A stretch of DNA of 64,000 bases, taken from positions 333 through 64,332 of the forward strand of contig JBHLNR010000003.1 of assembly GCA_048941385.1 (NCBI GenBank), given 5' to 3'. Made by a program: the position numbers and the translations under genes. The notes beneath the pieces were generated by a model. That model did no database searches, was not told the DNA's origin, and was given only the letters and a program-made list of their open reading frames with translations. How positions within the stretch are numbered: position 1 is the stretch's first letter; every line of letters starts with the position of its first letter. The DNA is from Promethearchaeota archaeon (GTDB lineage: Archaea > Asgardarchaeota > Lokiarchaeia > Sigyniarchaeales > SOKP01). Shown piece after piece: positions 18,171 through 27,181 of the stretch.

Positions 18171-20261
18171 TTATCGATTAATATATTCTACTTTAAAAGA
18201 ATTTAATTTCCCATCTTTGATTTCAACAATTCTAAATGCTCCAGCTGTTTCTGGATTTTTATATCCACCTAGCCCTAAAGCAGGAGTTTGAACTATGAAG
18301 GGTCTATTTTTTTCAATACTCTCATAATCTGTGTAGAGTTCAGAATATATATCATAATAAACTGCTGCAGGATTCTCAATTTTTTTTAAACTGAAAGGAG
18401 GTGAATCATACACTCTAGTTTTTATCTCTGGATCCTCCAATCGAAACTCCCGCAATGTATGTGTATGCCCAGAAAGTGTAAGAGTGCAATAATCCTTACA
18501 GAATTTAACAAGTTTTTCCCAATTTGAAGAAATTGTTCCATATTTTACGTTAAACATTTTGTCTAATCTTGCATCGGAACTTGATTGTCCTAATTTTCTG
18601 AGAACGGATTCTTTGAAGTCATCGATTTTTTCTTTAATAAAACGCCCCCCTTTTTTTTCAAAAAGTTTAATACTAATTCTTTTTTCTCCAGTATTTATCG
18701 GAGGACCATGCAAAAACAAAAAGACATTGGAATTTTCTTGTATTTTATTGTTTATAATATTTTCCAGATAGTTTATCTGCCTACCAGCGATTCCTGTTAC
18801 TGAGGGATGTCCTGTGAGTAAATCTCTAATGTTTTTAAAAGAATCAGATCCTGTGTTTAAGAAAATAAAATTATTATTTCCCAGTGTTAAAGAATAGTTA
18901 AAGGAAGGATTTATTTCTGATAAATATCCTTTTAATGCCATCGTAGATTTAACTAATGCTGTAATTGGAGAAGCAGAAAAAAGTTCATTCAATGCAATAG
19001 CTTCAGCAGCGTTCAATCCTATTTTTGTATACATTTCACCCCAAGTTAGATCATAATGATATGGTCGATAATCATGATTTCCAACTGTTGTAAAAATAGG
19101 ACATAATAATTCTTCGGCTTTAATTGCTCCTTTATGATGTTTTTGATATTTTGAGTTGAGAAGTATGTCTTTAAAGATTTTCCAATTACTCTCTTCATAT
19201 TTAAATTCATTTAATTTGCGAACTTTTTTTGCTAATCTACTCAATACGGTATAATCGACGAGATCACCTGTGAGAACGATAAAATCAACCTCATTTCTAA
19301 ATACTCTTCTATTTATGATTTTAATAAATTTTCTAAACTGATTATTCGGATTTACGAGACGTTTTCTTAAAGGAATTTTCATATCTGTTATTGTTTTATC
19401 TCGATTGTCTTTTTTTTTGAGTTTTAGTTTCTTCACAACTGTATCGAAGAAATCATCTACACTTCTCTTAACCGATGATTCAGTCCATTTTTTAACGATA
19501 CTATAAATTCTGTCGTTTCTTTCTGCTAAATGCAGATCAGTGGCATGAATAAATGTAAAATTCTTCCAATCTCTTTTAGAAATAACAATTGAGTGAAAAT
19601 TGATTCTGCCTTGTGAGGAAATTATGTCGAACATTACAAAAGTTCGTTCTTTTAGAAAATTCTTCACTTCCTTGCTGATTGCAAATTTAACAGATACCAG
19701 ATAAAAATTAGTGAGATTACCAAAAATGCTATACTTTAATAAATAATCCTGTGGAGCTAATTTATCTAAATAGGAAACACTGGAAATCGGAATTGTGGAG
19801 ATTTCTTTGATATCAATAACAGAAAGTAAAAGAGCGTTCCCTCTATAGGGATGTACTTTTAACTTCTTGAACTTGTAGTCAACATCATCTGACTTGAAAT
19901 CAATTTCATCCCTTGCTATTTCACGCTCTATAATTTTTTGCTTTCTTTTTCTAATTTTTTTTTTATGTCTTCTTACCCAAAAACCTTCTGCTTTTTCTGA
20001 GATTTTCTTTTTTAACTCATAAATATCTCTATATTTCCACTGATAATCTAAAACCGGAGCTAGTTTTATATTCCTATCAACTTTTTTTCTGAATTCCTTA
20101 GGATCCAGTACATCACTTATAATAAGAATCTCTGTCTGAAATTCCTTTTTTTTCAATTTGCGATCTATATTTAAAAATATAGGACGCCCTAAATTAGGGT
20201 TAACAATTATTGATTCATATGGTTTTTCTTCTTTACTTACGTGCAATTTTTTGAAAAACAA
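18171..20261 (-). CDS. Calcineurin-like metallophosphoesterase with a ~230-aa Lys-rich N-terminal domain of unknown function
   Basis: MPE motifs HATDLHL, LTGDLVDY, GNHDY, LHGPP, SGHTHT in the C-terminal two thirds. The N-terminal region contains RRHKKKIRKRKQK. Confidence 0.75.
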   Translation of the reverse strand: MFFKKLHVSKEEKPYESIIVNPNLGRPIFLNIDRKLKKKEFQTEILIISDVLDPKEFRKKVDRNIKLAPVLDYQWKYRDIYELKKKISEKAEGFWVRRHKKKIRKRKQKIIEREIARDEIDFKSDDVDYKFKKLKVHPYRGNALLLSVIDIKEISTIPISSVSYLDKLAPQDYLLKYSIFGNLTNFYLVSVKFAISKEVKNFLKERTFVMFDIISSQGRINFHSIVISKRDWKNFTFIHATDLHLAERNDRIYSIVKKWTESSVKRSVDDFFDTVVKKLKLKKKDNRDKTITDMKIPLRKRLVNPNNQFRKFIKIINRRVFRNEVDFIVLTGDLVDYTVLSRLAKKVRKLNEFKYEESNWKIFKDILLNSKYQKHHKGAIKAEELLCPIFTTVGNHDYRPYHYDLTWGEMYTKIGLNAAEAIALNELFSASPITALVKSTMALKGYLSEINPSFNYSLTLGNNNFIFLNTGSDSFKNIRDLLTGHPSVTGIAGRQINYLENIINNKIQENSNVFLFLHGPPINTGEKRISIKLFEKKGGRFIKEKIDDFKESVLRKLGQSSSDARLDKMFNVKYGTISSNWEKLVKFCKDYCTLTLSGHTHTLREFRLEDPEIKTRVYDSPPFSLKKIENPAAVYYDIYSELYTDYESIEKNRPFIVQTPALGLGGYKNPETAGAFRIVEIKDGKLNSFKVEYINR

Positions 20262-20358
20262 TGATTTTTCTGTATATAAATAACTAAATAATTGTTATTT
20301 AAAAGTATAGTACTCTAGGGTTAATTTTAAAGAACTAAAGGTTTATACATACTTTTGA

Positions 20359-20625
20359 CTAGCCTAAATTCGCGAGATTTACAAAAATTACATTATCTCC
20401 ACGTACAACAATGGAGCCTAAGTCTTCATGCTCTTCTCTTATGTTACCTTCTTCATCCTGATACTCAAAAATTTGACTAGTTTCTTCAAGGAAGAGATTT
20501 AAGTGTTCGTCAAAACCACCAAGGCGCCCTCTGAACAAACGATTACGCTTCACTTTTATTAAAATTATTTGATTAATGGAATCTTTCAAATAATCAATGG
20601 GTCTATTTGATGATCTTCTTTCCAT
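20359..20625 (-). CDS. Sm-like (LSm) RNA-binding protein
   Basis: Sm1-like LIKVKRNRLFRGRLGGFDEHLNLFLEE and Sm2-like LGSIVVRGDNVIFV. Start taken at the internal ATG (MERRSS...), because the 38-aa upstream extension in the ORF track is low-complexity AT-rich sequence. Confidence 0.8.
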   Translation of the reverse strand: MERRSSNRPIDYLKDSINQIILIKVKRNRLFRGRLGGFDEHLNLFLEETSQIFEYQDEEGNIREEHEDLGSIVVRGDNVIFVNLANLG

Positions 20626-20749
20626 CTTTAAAAAACTCAAAAAACAATTCGTATTAAAAAAAATTTTTATAATTGTAATTATAACCTTATTAATTAAAAC
20701 CTTTTGATTATTTTTATAATTGCATACATTAAAACTCACATTAATTTCT

Positions 20750-20914
20750 ATGATAAAATTGTCTAACGAGGAAGGGAGTGAACCGGAAAAAGTAAAATGT
20801 TGTGTTATGAACTGTCAAGTAGAAACTCCTATTGAGAAAGCAATCAAAATTGGTGATAACTATTTTTGTCCAATCTGCGGTGTAGCTTATTATAGAAGAA
20901 ATCTTAACTTATAG
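20750..20914 (+). CDS. Small zinc-ribbon protein (hypothetical)
   Basis: 54 aa with CC-x3-C ... C-x2-C (KCCVMNCQ...FCPICG). Divergent from the LSm gene. Coding status not certain. Confidence 0.35.
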   Translation: MIKLSNEEGSEPEKVKCCVMNCQVETPIEKAIKIGDNYFCPICGVAYYRRNLNL

Positions 20915-20923
20915 GTAATTTTT

Positions 20924-21028
20924 AGGCCCGTGGCCTAGTCTGGATAGGGCGGCAGCCTCCTAAGCTGAAGATCATAGGCTTCTGTAACCTAAGATCAGAA
21001 ATCGGGGGTTCAATTCCCCTCGGGCCTG
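20924..21028 (+). tRNA. tRNA-Arg (anticodon CCU) with a ~30-nt intervening sequence 3' of the anticodon stem
   Basis: Acceptor AGGCCCG (20924-30) / CGGGCCT (21021-27). D arm GCCT-AGTCTGGATA-GGGC. Anticodon arm GCAGC-CTCCTAA-GCTG with CCT at 20959-61. T arm GGGGG-TTCAATT-CCCCT. Discriminator G; no encoded CCA. About 30 extra nt (approx. 20968-20998) lie between the anticodon stem and the variable loop. Confidence 0.85.
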
Positions 21029-21172
21029 CTCTTAAATTATTGTTTAGGTTTTTATCTTAGTTTTGTTTAATTTTGCACGATAGGATCCTATGTACATAAC
21101 GCGCTCGGCTTCTAAATAGATAATATATAAATAATTATTAATCATAAACATTAACTGCCAAATAATATAGAG

Positions 21173-22912
21173 GTGAAAAATTTGCCAAAAAGAATATTAA
21201 GAGTTAATATGACTAATTTAGAAGCTAAATTTGAAGATTTACCAGCAGATTACGCAGGACTAGGCGGTCGTGGTATGACATCAACTATTGTTTCCAAAGA
21301 AGTTCCTCCCACCTGTCATCCTTTAGGAGTTCATAATAAGATTGTATTCGCTCCAGGGATTGTAACAGGCACGAGAGCCCCAACATCTGGTCGTATATCA
21401 GTTGGAGGAAAGTCCCCCTTAACTGGAGGAATTAAAGAAGCTAATGCGGGAACTCCTTTTGCACAGAAACTAGCAAGATTACGGATCGGAGCTCTAATAG
21501 TAGAAGGAAAACATAAAGGAGACGATTACTTTCTTCTTCAAGTTACTAATGACAGTGCTGAATTGGTAAATGCTAATAAATGGGCAGGTAAAGGTCTCTA
21601 TAGTACATATAAAGAACTCTTTAAAGAATTTGGGGATAAAGTTGGGATTTGTGGTGTTGGAATAGCCGCAGAGGTTCTTGGAGTAATGTCTGGAGTTTGT
21701 TTCAATGATCCTGAAGGGTTGCCTAGTAGATATTCTGGAAGAGGTGGGCTTGGTGCTGTAATGGCATCTAAAGGATTAAAATTTATAATCGTAGATGAAA
21801 CTGATGCTCCAGGTGTTGAAATTGTGAATGATGAATTATTTTCTCAGGGGATTAAAAAATTGAGAGAAGCACTCGGGGAACATCCTGTTACTCAACCAAA
21901 AGGAGGGCTTAATTCATATGGGACAAGTGTCTTGGTAAATATTATAAATGAAGCAGGTGGATTACCCCAAAGAAACTTTTCTAGTGGTCAGGATGAACAA
22001 GCGGAAAAAATTTCTGGTGAAGTTAAAGCTGAGGAAATCCAAAAAAGAGGTGGCGTCCGACCTCACTTCTGTAGTCCTGGGTGCATAATACAATGCTCAG
22101 AGGTATGGACTAAACCTGGCGGTAAAGATCCAGTTGGAGTTTTAGAATATGAATCAGTATGGGCTTTAGGGGCAAATTGTGGAATTTATAACTTAGACGA
22201 TGTTGGTGAGTTAAATCGAGCATGTAATGATTTAGGAGTTGATACTATTGAAGCAGGTGATACACTTGCAGTTGCTATGGAAGGAGGATTAGCGAAATTT
22301 GGAGATGGTAAAGGTGCTCTAAAACTCATGGATGAAATTCGTAAGAAAACACCAACAGGTCGAATTTTAGCTCAGGGAACTGAGATTACCGGTAAAGTTT
22401 TGGGTGTTACCAGAATTCCCACAGTTAAGGGTCAAGGATTACCTGCTTATGACCCACGTGCTATCAAGGGTATAGGAGTCACTTATGCTACTACTCCTAT
22501 GGGAGCAGACCATACAGCGGGTTATGCTATCGCTCCTGAAATTATGGGCGTCGGTGGTCAAGCAGATCCTCGGGATCCTAAGAAAGCAGAGATCTCTAGA
22601 AACCTACAGATAGCTACAGCGGCATTGGATGCAACAGGTTATTGTCTATTCGTTGCATTTGCAATTTTAGATATTCCTTCAGGATTAGAAGGTATAGTTG
22701 AATCTTTGAACGGAGTATTAGGAGTAAACCTTACTGTGGATGACGTCCCTGTGATAGGAAAACAAATCTTAGATGCTGAATTAGAATTCAATAAAAAAGC
22801 GGGATTTACTGCAATTGATGATAGACTACCTGAGTTCTTTATGGAAGAAAAGCTTGAGCCCTCAGGAGAAGTTTTTAATGTAACAGACGATGAATTAGAC
22901 AGTGTGTTTTAG
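21173..22912 (+). CDS. Aldehyde:ferredoxin oxidoreductase family protein (second paralog)
   Basis: 579 aa. N-terminal RILRVNMTNLEAKFEDLP, plus EYESVWALGANCG, DTIEAG and GADHTAGY motifs of the AOR family. GTG start at 21173 (the conserved RILRVN lies upstream of the first ATG). Confidence 0.85.
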   Translation: MKNLPKRILRVNMTNLEAKFEDLPADYAGLGGRGMTSTIVSKEVPPTCHPLGVHNKIVFAPGIVTGTRAPTSGRISVGGKSPLTGGIKEANAGTPFAQKLARLRIGALIVEGKHKGDDYFLLQVTNDSAELVNANKWAGKGLYSTYKELFKEFGDKVGICGVGIAAEVLGVMSGVCFNDPEGLPSRYSGRGGLGAVMASKGLKFIIVDETDAPGVEIVNDELFSQGIKKLREALGEHPVTQPKGGLNSYGTSVLVNIINEAGGLPQRNFSSGQDEQAEKISGEVKAEEIQKRGGVRPHFCSPGCIIQCSEVWTKPGGKDPVGVLEYESVWALGANCGIYNLDDVGELNRACNDLGVDTIEAGDTLAVAMEGGLAKFGDGKGALKLMDEIRKKTPTGRILAQGTEITGKVLGVTRIPTVKGQGLPAYDPRAIKGIGVTYATTPMGADHTAGYAIAPEIMGVGGQADPRDPKKAEISRNLQIATAALDATGYCLFVAFAILDIPSGLEGIVESLNGVLGVNLTVDDVPVIGKQILDAELEFNKKAGFTAIDDRLPEFFMEEKLEPSGEVFNVTDDELDSVF

Positions 22913-22931
22913 ATAATTATAATCTAAGAAT

Positions 22932-23216
22932 ATGCCAATTCGAATAAAATTTTTCGGGGATTTAAGGAAAAAAGTACAACCAGATATCATGGGAAGTCTC
23001 CCATTAAAGTTTACTATTGAACCTAATGATATCGAAAGAGTTTCTGATATTTTGGAAAGATATAATATTAAGGAGCATGAAATTATCCACATTTTCGTGA
23101 ATGGAAGATATTCGGGACTTACAAAGAAAGTAGAAGATGGAGATATCATAGCAATATTCCCAATTAACATGTCTGTTTTATATAAATGGTATTTTAATAG
23201 AGAGGAAGATGAATAA
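22932..23216 (+). CDS. MoaD/ThiS-like beta-grasp protein lacking a C-terminal Gly-Gly (has a 17-aa tail)
   Basis: 94 aa. IRIKFFGDLRK...VNGRY...DGDIIAIFP matches the MoaD/ThiS pattern, but the sequence continues INMSVLYKWYFNREEDE instead of ending in GG. Starts 20 nt after the AOR stop. Confidence 0.6.
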   Translation: MPIRIKFFGDLRKKVQPDIMGSLPLKFTIEPNDIERVSDILERYNIKEHEIIHIFVNGRYSGLTKKVEDGDIIAIFPINMSVLYKWYFNREEDE

Positions 23217-23454
23217 CAATAATATTGAGGTTACAGTTAAATTTTTTGCTATGTTACGAGAATATGGCCCAGCAAAAGAGACAATTGTAATTCCTAAGGA
23301 CAGTAAAGTTGAACTATTGTTTAAGAAATATCAGATCCCCAGGGAAGTATGGCAGACAGTCATTATCGTAAATGGCAGGCCACATAATAATCTTGAAACA
23401 GTACTTAAAAATGGAGATATAATATCGATTTTCCCACCTATAGGTGGTGGTTGA
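23209..23454 (+). CDS. MoaD/ThiS/SAMP-like beta-grasp protein ending in Gly-Gly-Gly
   Basis: 81 aa. VKFFAMLREY...VNGRP...NGDIISIFPPIGGG*. Overlaps the preceding gene by 8 nt. Confidence 0.7.
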   Translation: MNNNNIEVTVKFFAMLREYGPAKETIVIPKDSKVELLFKKYQIPREVWQTVIIVNGRPHNNLETVLKNGDIISIFPPIGGG

Positions 23455-23475
23455 ATAAATTTATATTTATCTTAA

Positions 23476-23498
23476 TTTTTTTTATTATTTTTTTTTTT
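23476..23498 (+). terminator. Oligo-T tracts after the AOR/beta-grasp operon
   Basis: TTTTTTTTATTATTTTTTTTTTT about 20 nt after the stop. Confidence 0.4.
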
Positions 23499-23763
23499 AT
23501 AAAATATAAATGTTTTATTGTACAAATATTGATTTTCGATCATTTATGATATGGAGAAGTTAAGGCAATTAAGCATCTTCATGCAATAAAATTCAAATAG
23601 TATATAAATAGGGAGTTTTATTATTTATGCATTCTAGAATCATGAATGATTATGTTTAGATTATAGAATATTAAATATAACCTAAAAAAGAGATTTTAAT
23701 ACTATTTAATAAAGTATAATTTCTTTGATCGAATGTTCTAAAAATCAAAAATGAATTTTAATT

Positions 23764-26700
23764 ATGACTGCTTCAAAAGAAAAATTGACATCTGGGACAT
23801 TAGAAGAAAGATACAAATTAATATTAGAAAGTCAAAATGATCTCGTTTATATAATCAATCAGAAATTAGAGATTGAATATTGCAATGAACCAGTTTTTAA
23901 ACGAGTTTTAGGGTATACAGAAGAAGATTTAAAGAGAAATAAAATTCTATTTGCAATCCATCCCGAGGACAAAAAAGAAGCCCTTCAAGCTATAAAGGAA
24001 GGAATAAAAAAGAAAGAAGGTGTTGCAACGTTACGTCTAAGAGATAAAAAGGGGGAATACCATTTTCATGAGTTTACGGGAAAATTGTTTACTGATTATG
24101 ATGGAACACAAAAGGCTTTGATTATTGCAAAAGACATTTCTTCACACATTAAATCTGAGATAGGATTAAAAGAATCGGAAGAATTGTATCGCTTAATTTC
24201 AGAAAATTCTAATGATTTGATTAGAATTTTTGATAAGAATTCAACATATCGATATGTTAATGAAGCGACACATCTTAAGCAACTTGGCTATACCCGGGAT
24301 GAATTAATCGGTATGCCTGCAAAAAATATACTTCATCCTGACGAAGAAGATGAATATAATAAAGATTACGAAATTTTAATATCAACAGGAGAAATGAGAA
24401 GAGAAGCAAGAGTGTTGCATAAAGATGGACATTGGGTATGGTTTGATATTTGGGGAAAAGTGATTGATAATACAGAAGAGAATTGGAGAGGTATAATCAT
24501 ATCAAGAAATATTGATGAAAGGAAGAAGGCAGAAGAAAAATTTAAGAAGTTCTTTAAAGGTAGTCCAATTCCAACTTATGCATGGCAAAAAGTCGGGGAA
24601 GATTTTATATTGATTGATTATAATGATGCTGCTGTAAAAATTACCCAGAGTGGTGTTGAGAAATTCATAGGTGTTAAAGCTTCTGAAATGTATAGAACCC
24701 GATCCGAACTTTTAGAAGATATAATGAGATGTTTTGAGGAAAAAGTAGATATCGAGCATGAAATGAAATATATAATGGAAATATCCAAACAAGAAAAAGA
24801 TTTACTTGTAAAATATGTCTTTTTACCTCCAGATTTGGTTTTAGTTCAGACTGAAGATATTACTGACCGGAAAATTGCTGAAGAAAAAATAAAAGAATCA
24901 GAAGAAAAATACAGAACTCTTTCAGAACAATCCTTCCTAGGCATAGCAATTTTACAGGATGATTTTATTCGATATGTAAATAAACAACTTGCTTCTACGT
25001 TTGGATATTCAATTGAAGAAATAATGGCTTGGGGTCAAGGTGGTTTTCTCAATGTAATATATCCTGAGGATAGAATCATGGTTGCTGAACAAGCAACAAA
25101 GAAACAACAAGGAGACTCAGATATTATCAACCAATATCAATTTAGAGGGATAAGGAAAAATGGGGATATCATTTGGTTAGAGGTATTTTCAAAAACTATT
25201 ACTTATAGGGGAAAACCAGCAGATTTTGTTACAATTCATGATATAACCGACGAGAAAATAACTGAACAGAAGATCAAAGAATCTGAAGAAAAATACCGCA
25301 ATTTATTTAACAATGCTCCATTTGCGATAGTCCTTTTCACTATTGAGGGAATCATCTTAGATTGTAATGACAGTACTCAGAAAATCACAGGATATTCTAA
25401 AGATGAGCTTATTGGCCATAATTTTAAAAACTTTAATTTCTATGTTGATCCAACTTCTGCAAATTTAGAAGAAAGAACTGCAAAGACTAGTGCAGGTAAA
25501 ATACCTGAAGTTAGAGAAATTCAATTGTATAAAAAAGAGGGGACTCAATTTTGGGCTAGAACACATATAGAATTTATCTATTTGAGAGGAGAAACTTATA
25601 TTCAAGCAATCCTGCATGATGTTACAGAACAAAAAGAATCAACCATTAGACTTAATGAATCAGAAAGCCGTCTCCAAGAAAGAGTAAACGAGTTAAATTT
25701 TTTGTACGGAATTTCTGAGATAATAGAAAGTCAGAATTTATCATTAGAAGATCTCATAAATGAAGTTGTCATTTTAATCCCTACAGCAATGCAATTTCCA
25801 GATAGAGCGAGGGTTCAAATAAAATTTGATCGACAGGAATTTAAATCTCATGATTTTAGAGCAACTAGGTGGAAATTGGTAAATCATATTACTATTAATG
25901 AGAAACCATTAGATATAGAAATATTCTATTTAGAAGATAAACCATTCCTTCCAGAAGAAGAAAATTTAATTATTGAACTTGGAAAAAGATTAAAAAACTT
26001 CCTTGAAAAGAAGGAATCAGAACAGGAGAGAAGGATTGCTCAAGAAGAGCTGAAGGAATCCTATGAAAAGCTGAAAGAACTTGAAAAAATTATTAATAAT
26101 AGTCCTGGTATAGGGATTCTGTGGAAAAATTCAGAAGGATGGCCTGTGGAATTTGTTTCTGATAATGTAAACCAATGGGGATACACTCCACAAGAATTTT
26201 ATTCTGGAAACGTGATTTATGCTGAAATAATTCATCCTGATGATTTGGAAAGAGTTACGGAAGAAGTGGGTTATTATAGTAATGAAGATATAAATGAATT
26301 CGTTCAAGAATACAGAATCATAACTAAATCGGGCGAAGTAAAATGGTTAGATGACAGAACCTGGATTCGAAGAGATTCAAATGGAAATATTACTCATTTT
26401 CAAGGAGTTGCATTTGATATTACTGATCGGAAAATTGCTGAAGAAGCTTTAAAAGAGTCAGAAAAAAAATTTAAAGAAGCCTATGACCAAGCAAGCTTTT
26501 ATAAAGACCTTTTTACACATGATATTAATAATATCCTTCAAGTTGTAAATTCTTCAGCTGAACTCATTTCTTACCAATTAGGTAGTTCTGAGAAGTCGAA
26601 AGATATCTCGAATATTGCGAATATTATTAAAAAACAAGTAGATCGCGGATCTAAACTAGTTTCTAATGTTAGAACCCTATCTATAATTGAAGATGAGCAA

Positions 26701-27180
26701 TTTTCAACTAAATCTTTAGAGATCTCGAGATACTTAGAGAATTCAATTGATTTTATAGAGAAAACATATGAAGATAGAAATGTAAAAATTACGGTTGATG
26801 GTTTAAATGGAAAATATGAAATTCTTGGGAATGAGCTCATACAAGACGTTTTTGAAAATATATTAATTAATAGTATAAAATACAATGAAAATCCTAATGT
26901 AGAAATTGCGATACGATTATCAAAAATCAAAATAGATGATAAAACTAATTTCAAAATTGAGTTTAGTGATAATGGTATTGGAGTTCCTGATGATAGAAAA
27001 ACAGCGATTTTCTTAAGTGGAAATCGAGAATTTAAGGGTAGGAAAGGAATGGGATTAGGGCTTTCATTGGTGAGTAAGATTTTGAACCTATTTAATGGAA
27101 AGATCTGGGTTGAGGATAAAATTAAAGGTGATTACACTCAAGGGAGCAATTTTATATTAGTTTTACCTGAAGCTAAATAG
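23764..27180 (+). CDS. Cytoplasmic multi-PAS / GAF-like sensor histidine kinase
   Basis: 1138 aa, no TM segments. At least five PAS-like modules are separated by the recurring linker DITDRKIAEE(K/A)IKESEEKYR. H-box FTHDINNILQV. ATPase N/G boxes NSIKYN, DNGIGVP, GMGLGLSLV. No response regulator in the window. Confidence 0.85.
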   Translation: MTASKEKLTSGTLEERYKLILESQNDLVYIINQKLEIEYCNEPVFKRVLGYTEEDLKRNKILFAIHPEDKKEALQAIKEGIKKKEGVATLRLRDKKGEYHFHEFTGKLFTDYDGTQKALIIAKDISSHIKSEIGLKESEELYRLISENSNDLIRIFDKNSTYRYVNEATHLKQLGYTRDELIGMPAKNILHPDEEDEYNKDYEILISTGEMRREARVLHKDGHWVWFDIWGKVIDNTEENWRGIIISRNIDERKKAEEKFKKFFKGSPIPTYAWQKVGEDFILIDYNDAAVKITQSGVEKFIGVKASEMYRTRSELLEDIMRCFEEKVDIEHEMKYIMEISKQEKDLLVKYVFLPPDLVLVQTEDITDRKIAEEKIKESEEKYRTLSEQSFLGIAILQDDFIRYVNKQLASTFGYSIEEIMAWGQGGFLNVIYPEDRIMVAEQATKKQQGDSDIINQYQFRGIRKNGDIIWLEVFSKTITYRGKPADFVTIHDITDEKITEQKIKESEEKYRNLFNNAPFAIVLFTIEGIILDCNDSTQKITGYSKDELIGHNFKNFNFYVDPTSANLEERTAKTSAGKIPEVREIQLYKKEGTQFWARTHIEFIYLRGETYIQAILHDVTEQKESTIRLNESESRLQERVNELNFLYGISEIIESQNLSLEDLINEVVILIPTAMQFPDRARVQIKFDRQEFKSHDFRATRWKLVNHITINEKPLDIEIFYLEDKPFLPEEENLIIELGKRLKNFLEKKESEQERRIAQEELKESYEKLKELEKIINNSPGIGILWKNSEGWPVEFVSDNVNQWGYTPQEFYSGNVIYAEIIHPDDLERVTEEVGYYSNEDINEFVQEYRIITKSGEVKWLDDRTWIRRDSNGNITHFQGVAFDITDRKIAEEALKESEKKFKEAYDQASFYKDLFTHDINNILQVVNSSAELISYQLGSSEKSKDISNIANIIKKQVDRGSKLVSNVRTLSIIEDEQFSTKSLEISRYLENSIDFIEKTYEDRNVKITVDGLNGKYEILGNELIQDVFENILINSIKYNENPNVEIAIRLSKIKIDDKTNFKIEFSDNGIGVPDDRKTAIFLSGNREFKGRKGMGLGLSLVSKILNLFNGKIWVEDKIKGDYTQGSNFILVLPEAK

Positions 27181-27181
27181 C

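Noticed and set aside
20626-20739. N-terminal extensions proposed by the ORF track for LSm (to 20739), thiD (to 37553), the radical SAM gene (from 15546), the small paralog (GTG 39885) and the SBP (TTG 1952)
   Set aside because: The extensions are AT-rich low-complexity sequence not matching the family N-termini. In two cases they swallow the probable Shine-Dalgarno sequence. Internal ATGs with better context were chosen.
22932-23454. Interpreting the two beta-grasp genes together with the RING-H2 gene as a complete ubiquitin system
   Set aside because: The genes are 13 kb apart. No E1, E2 or JAMM gene is visible in the window. The beta-grasp genes are operonic with a tungstoenzyme, which favours a cofactor-sulfur-carrier role, so the link is not supported by this sequence.
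23764-27180. Multi-PAS histidine kinase as part of a novel signalling system with the abutting GNAT array
   Set aside because: The genes are convergent, not co-transcribed. Orphan cytoplasmic PAS kinases are common in archaea. Nothing in the sequence connects the two beyond the 1-nt spacing.
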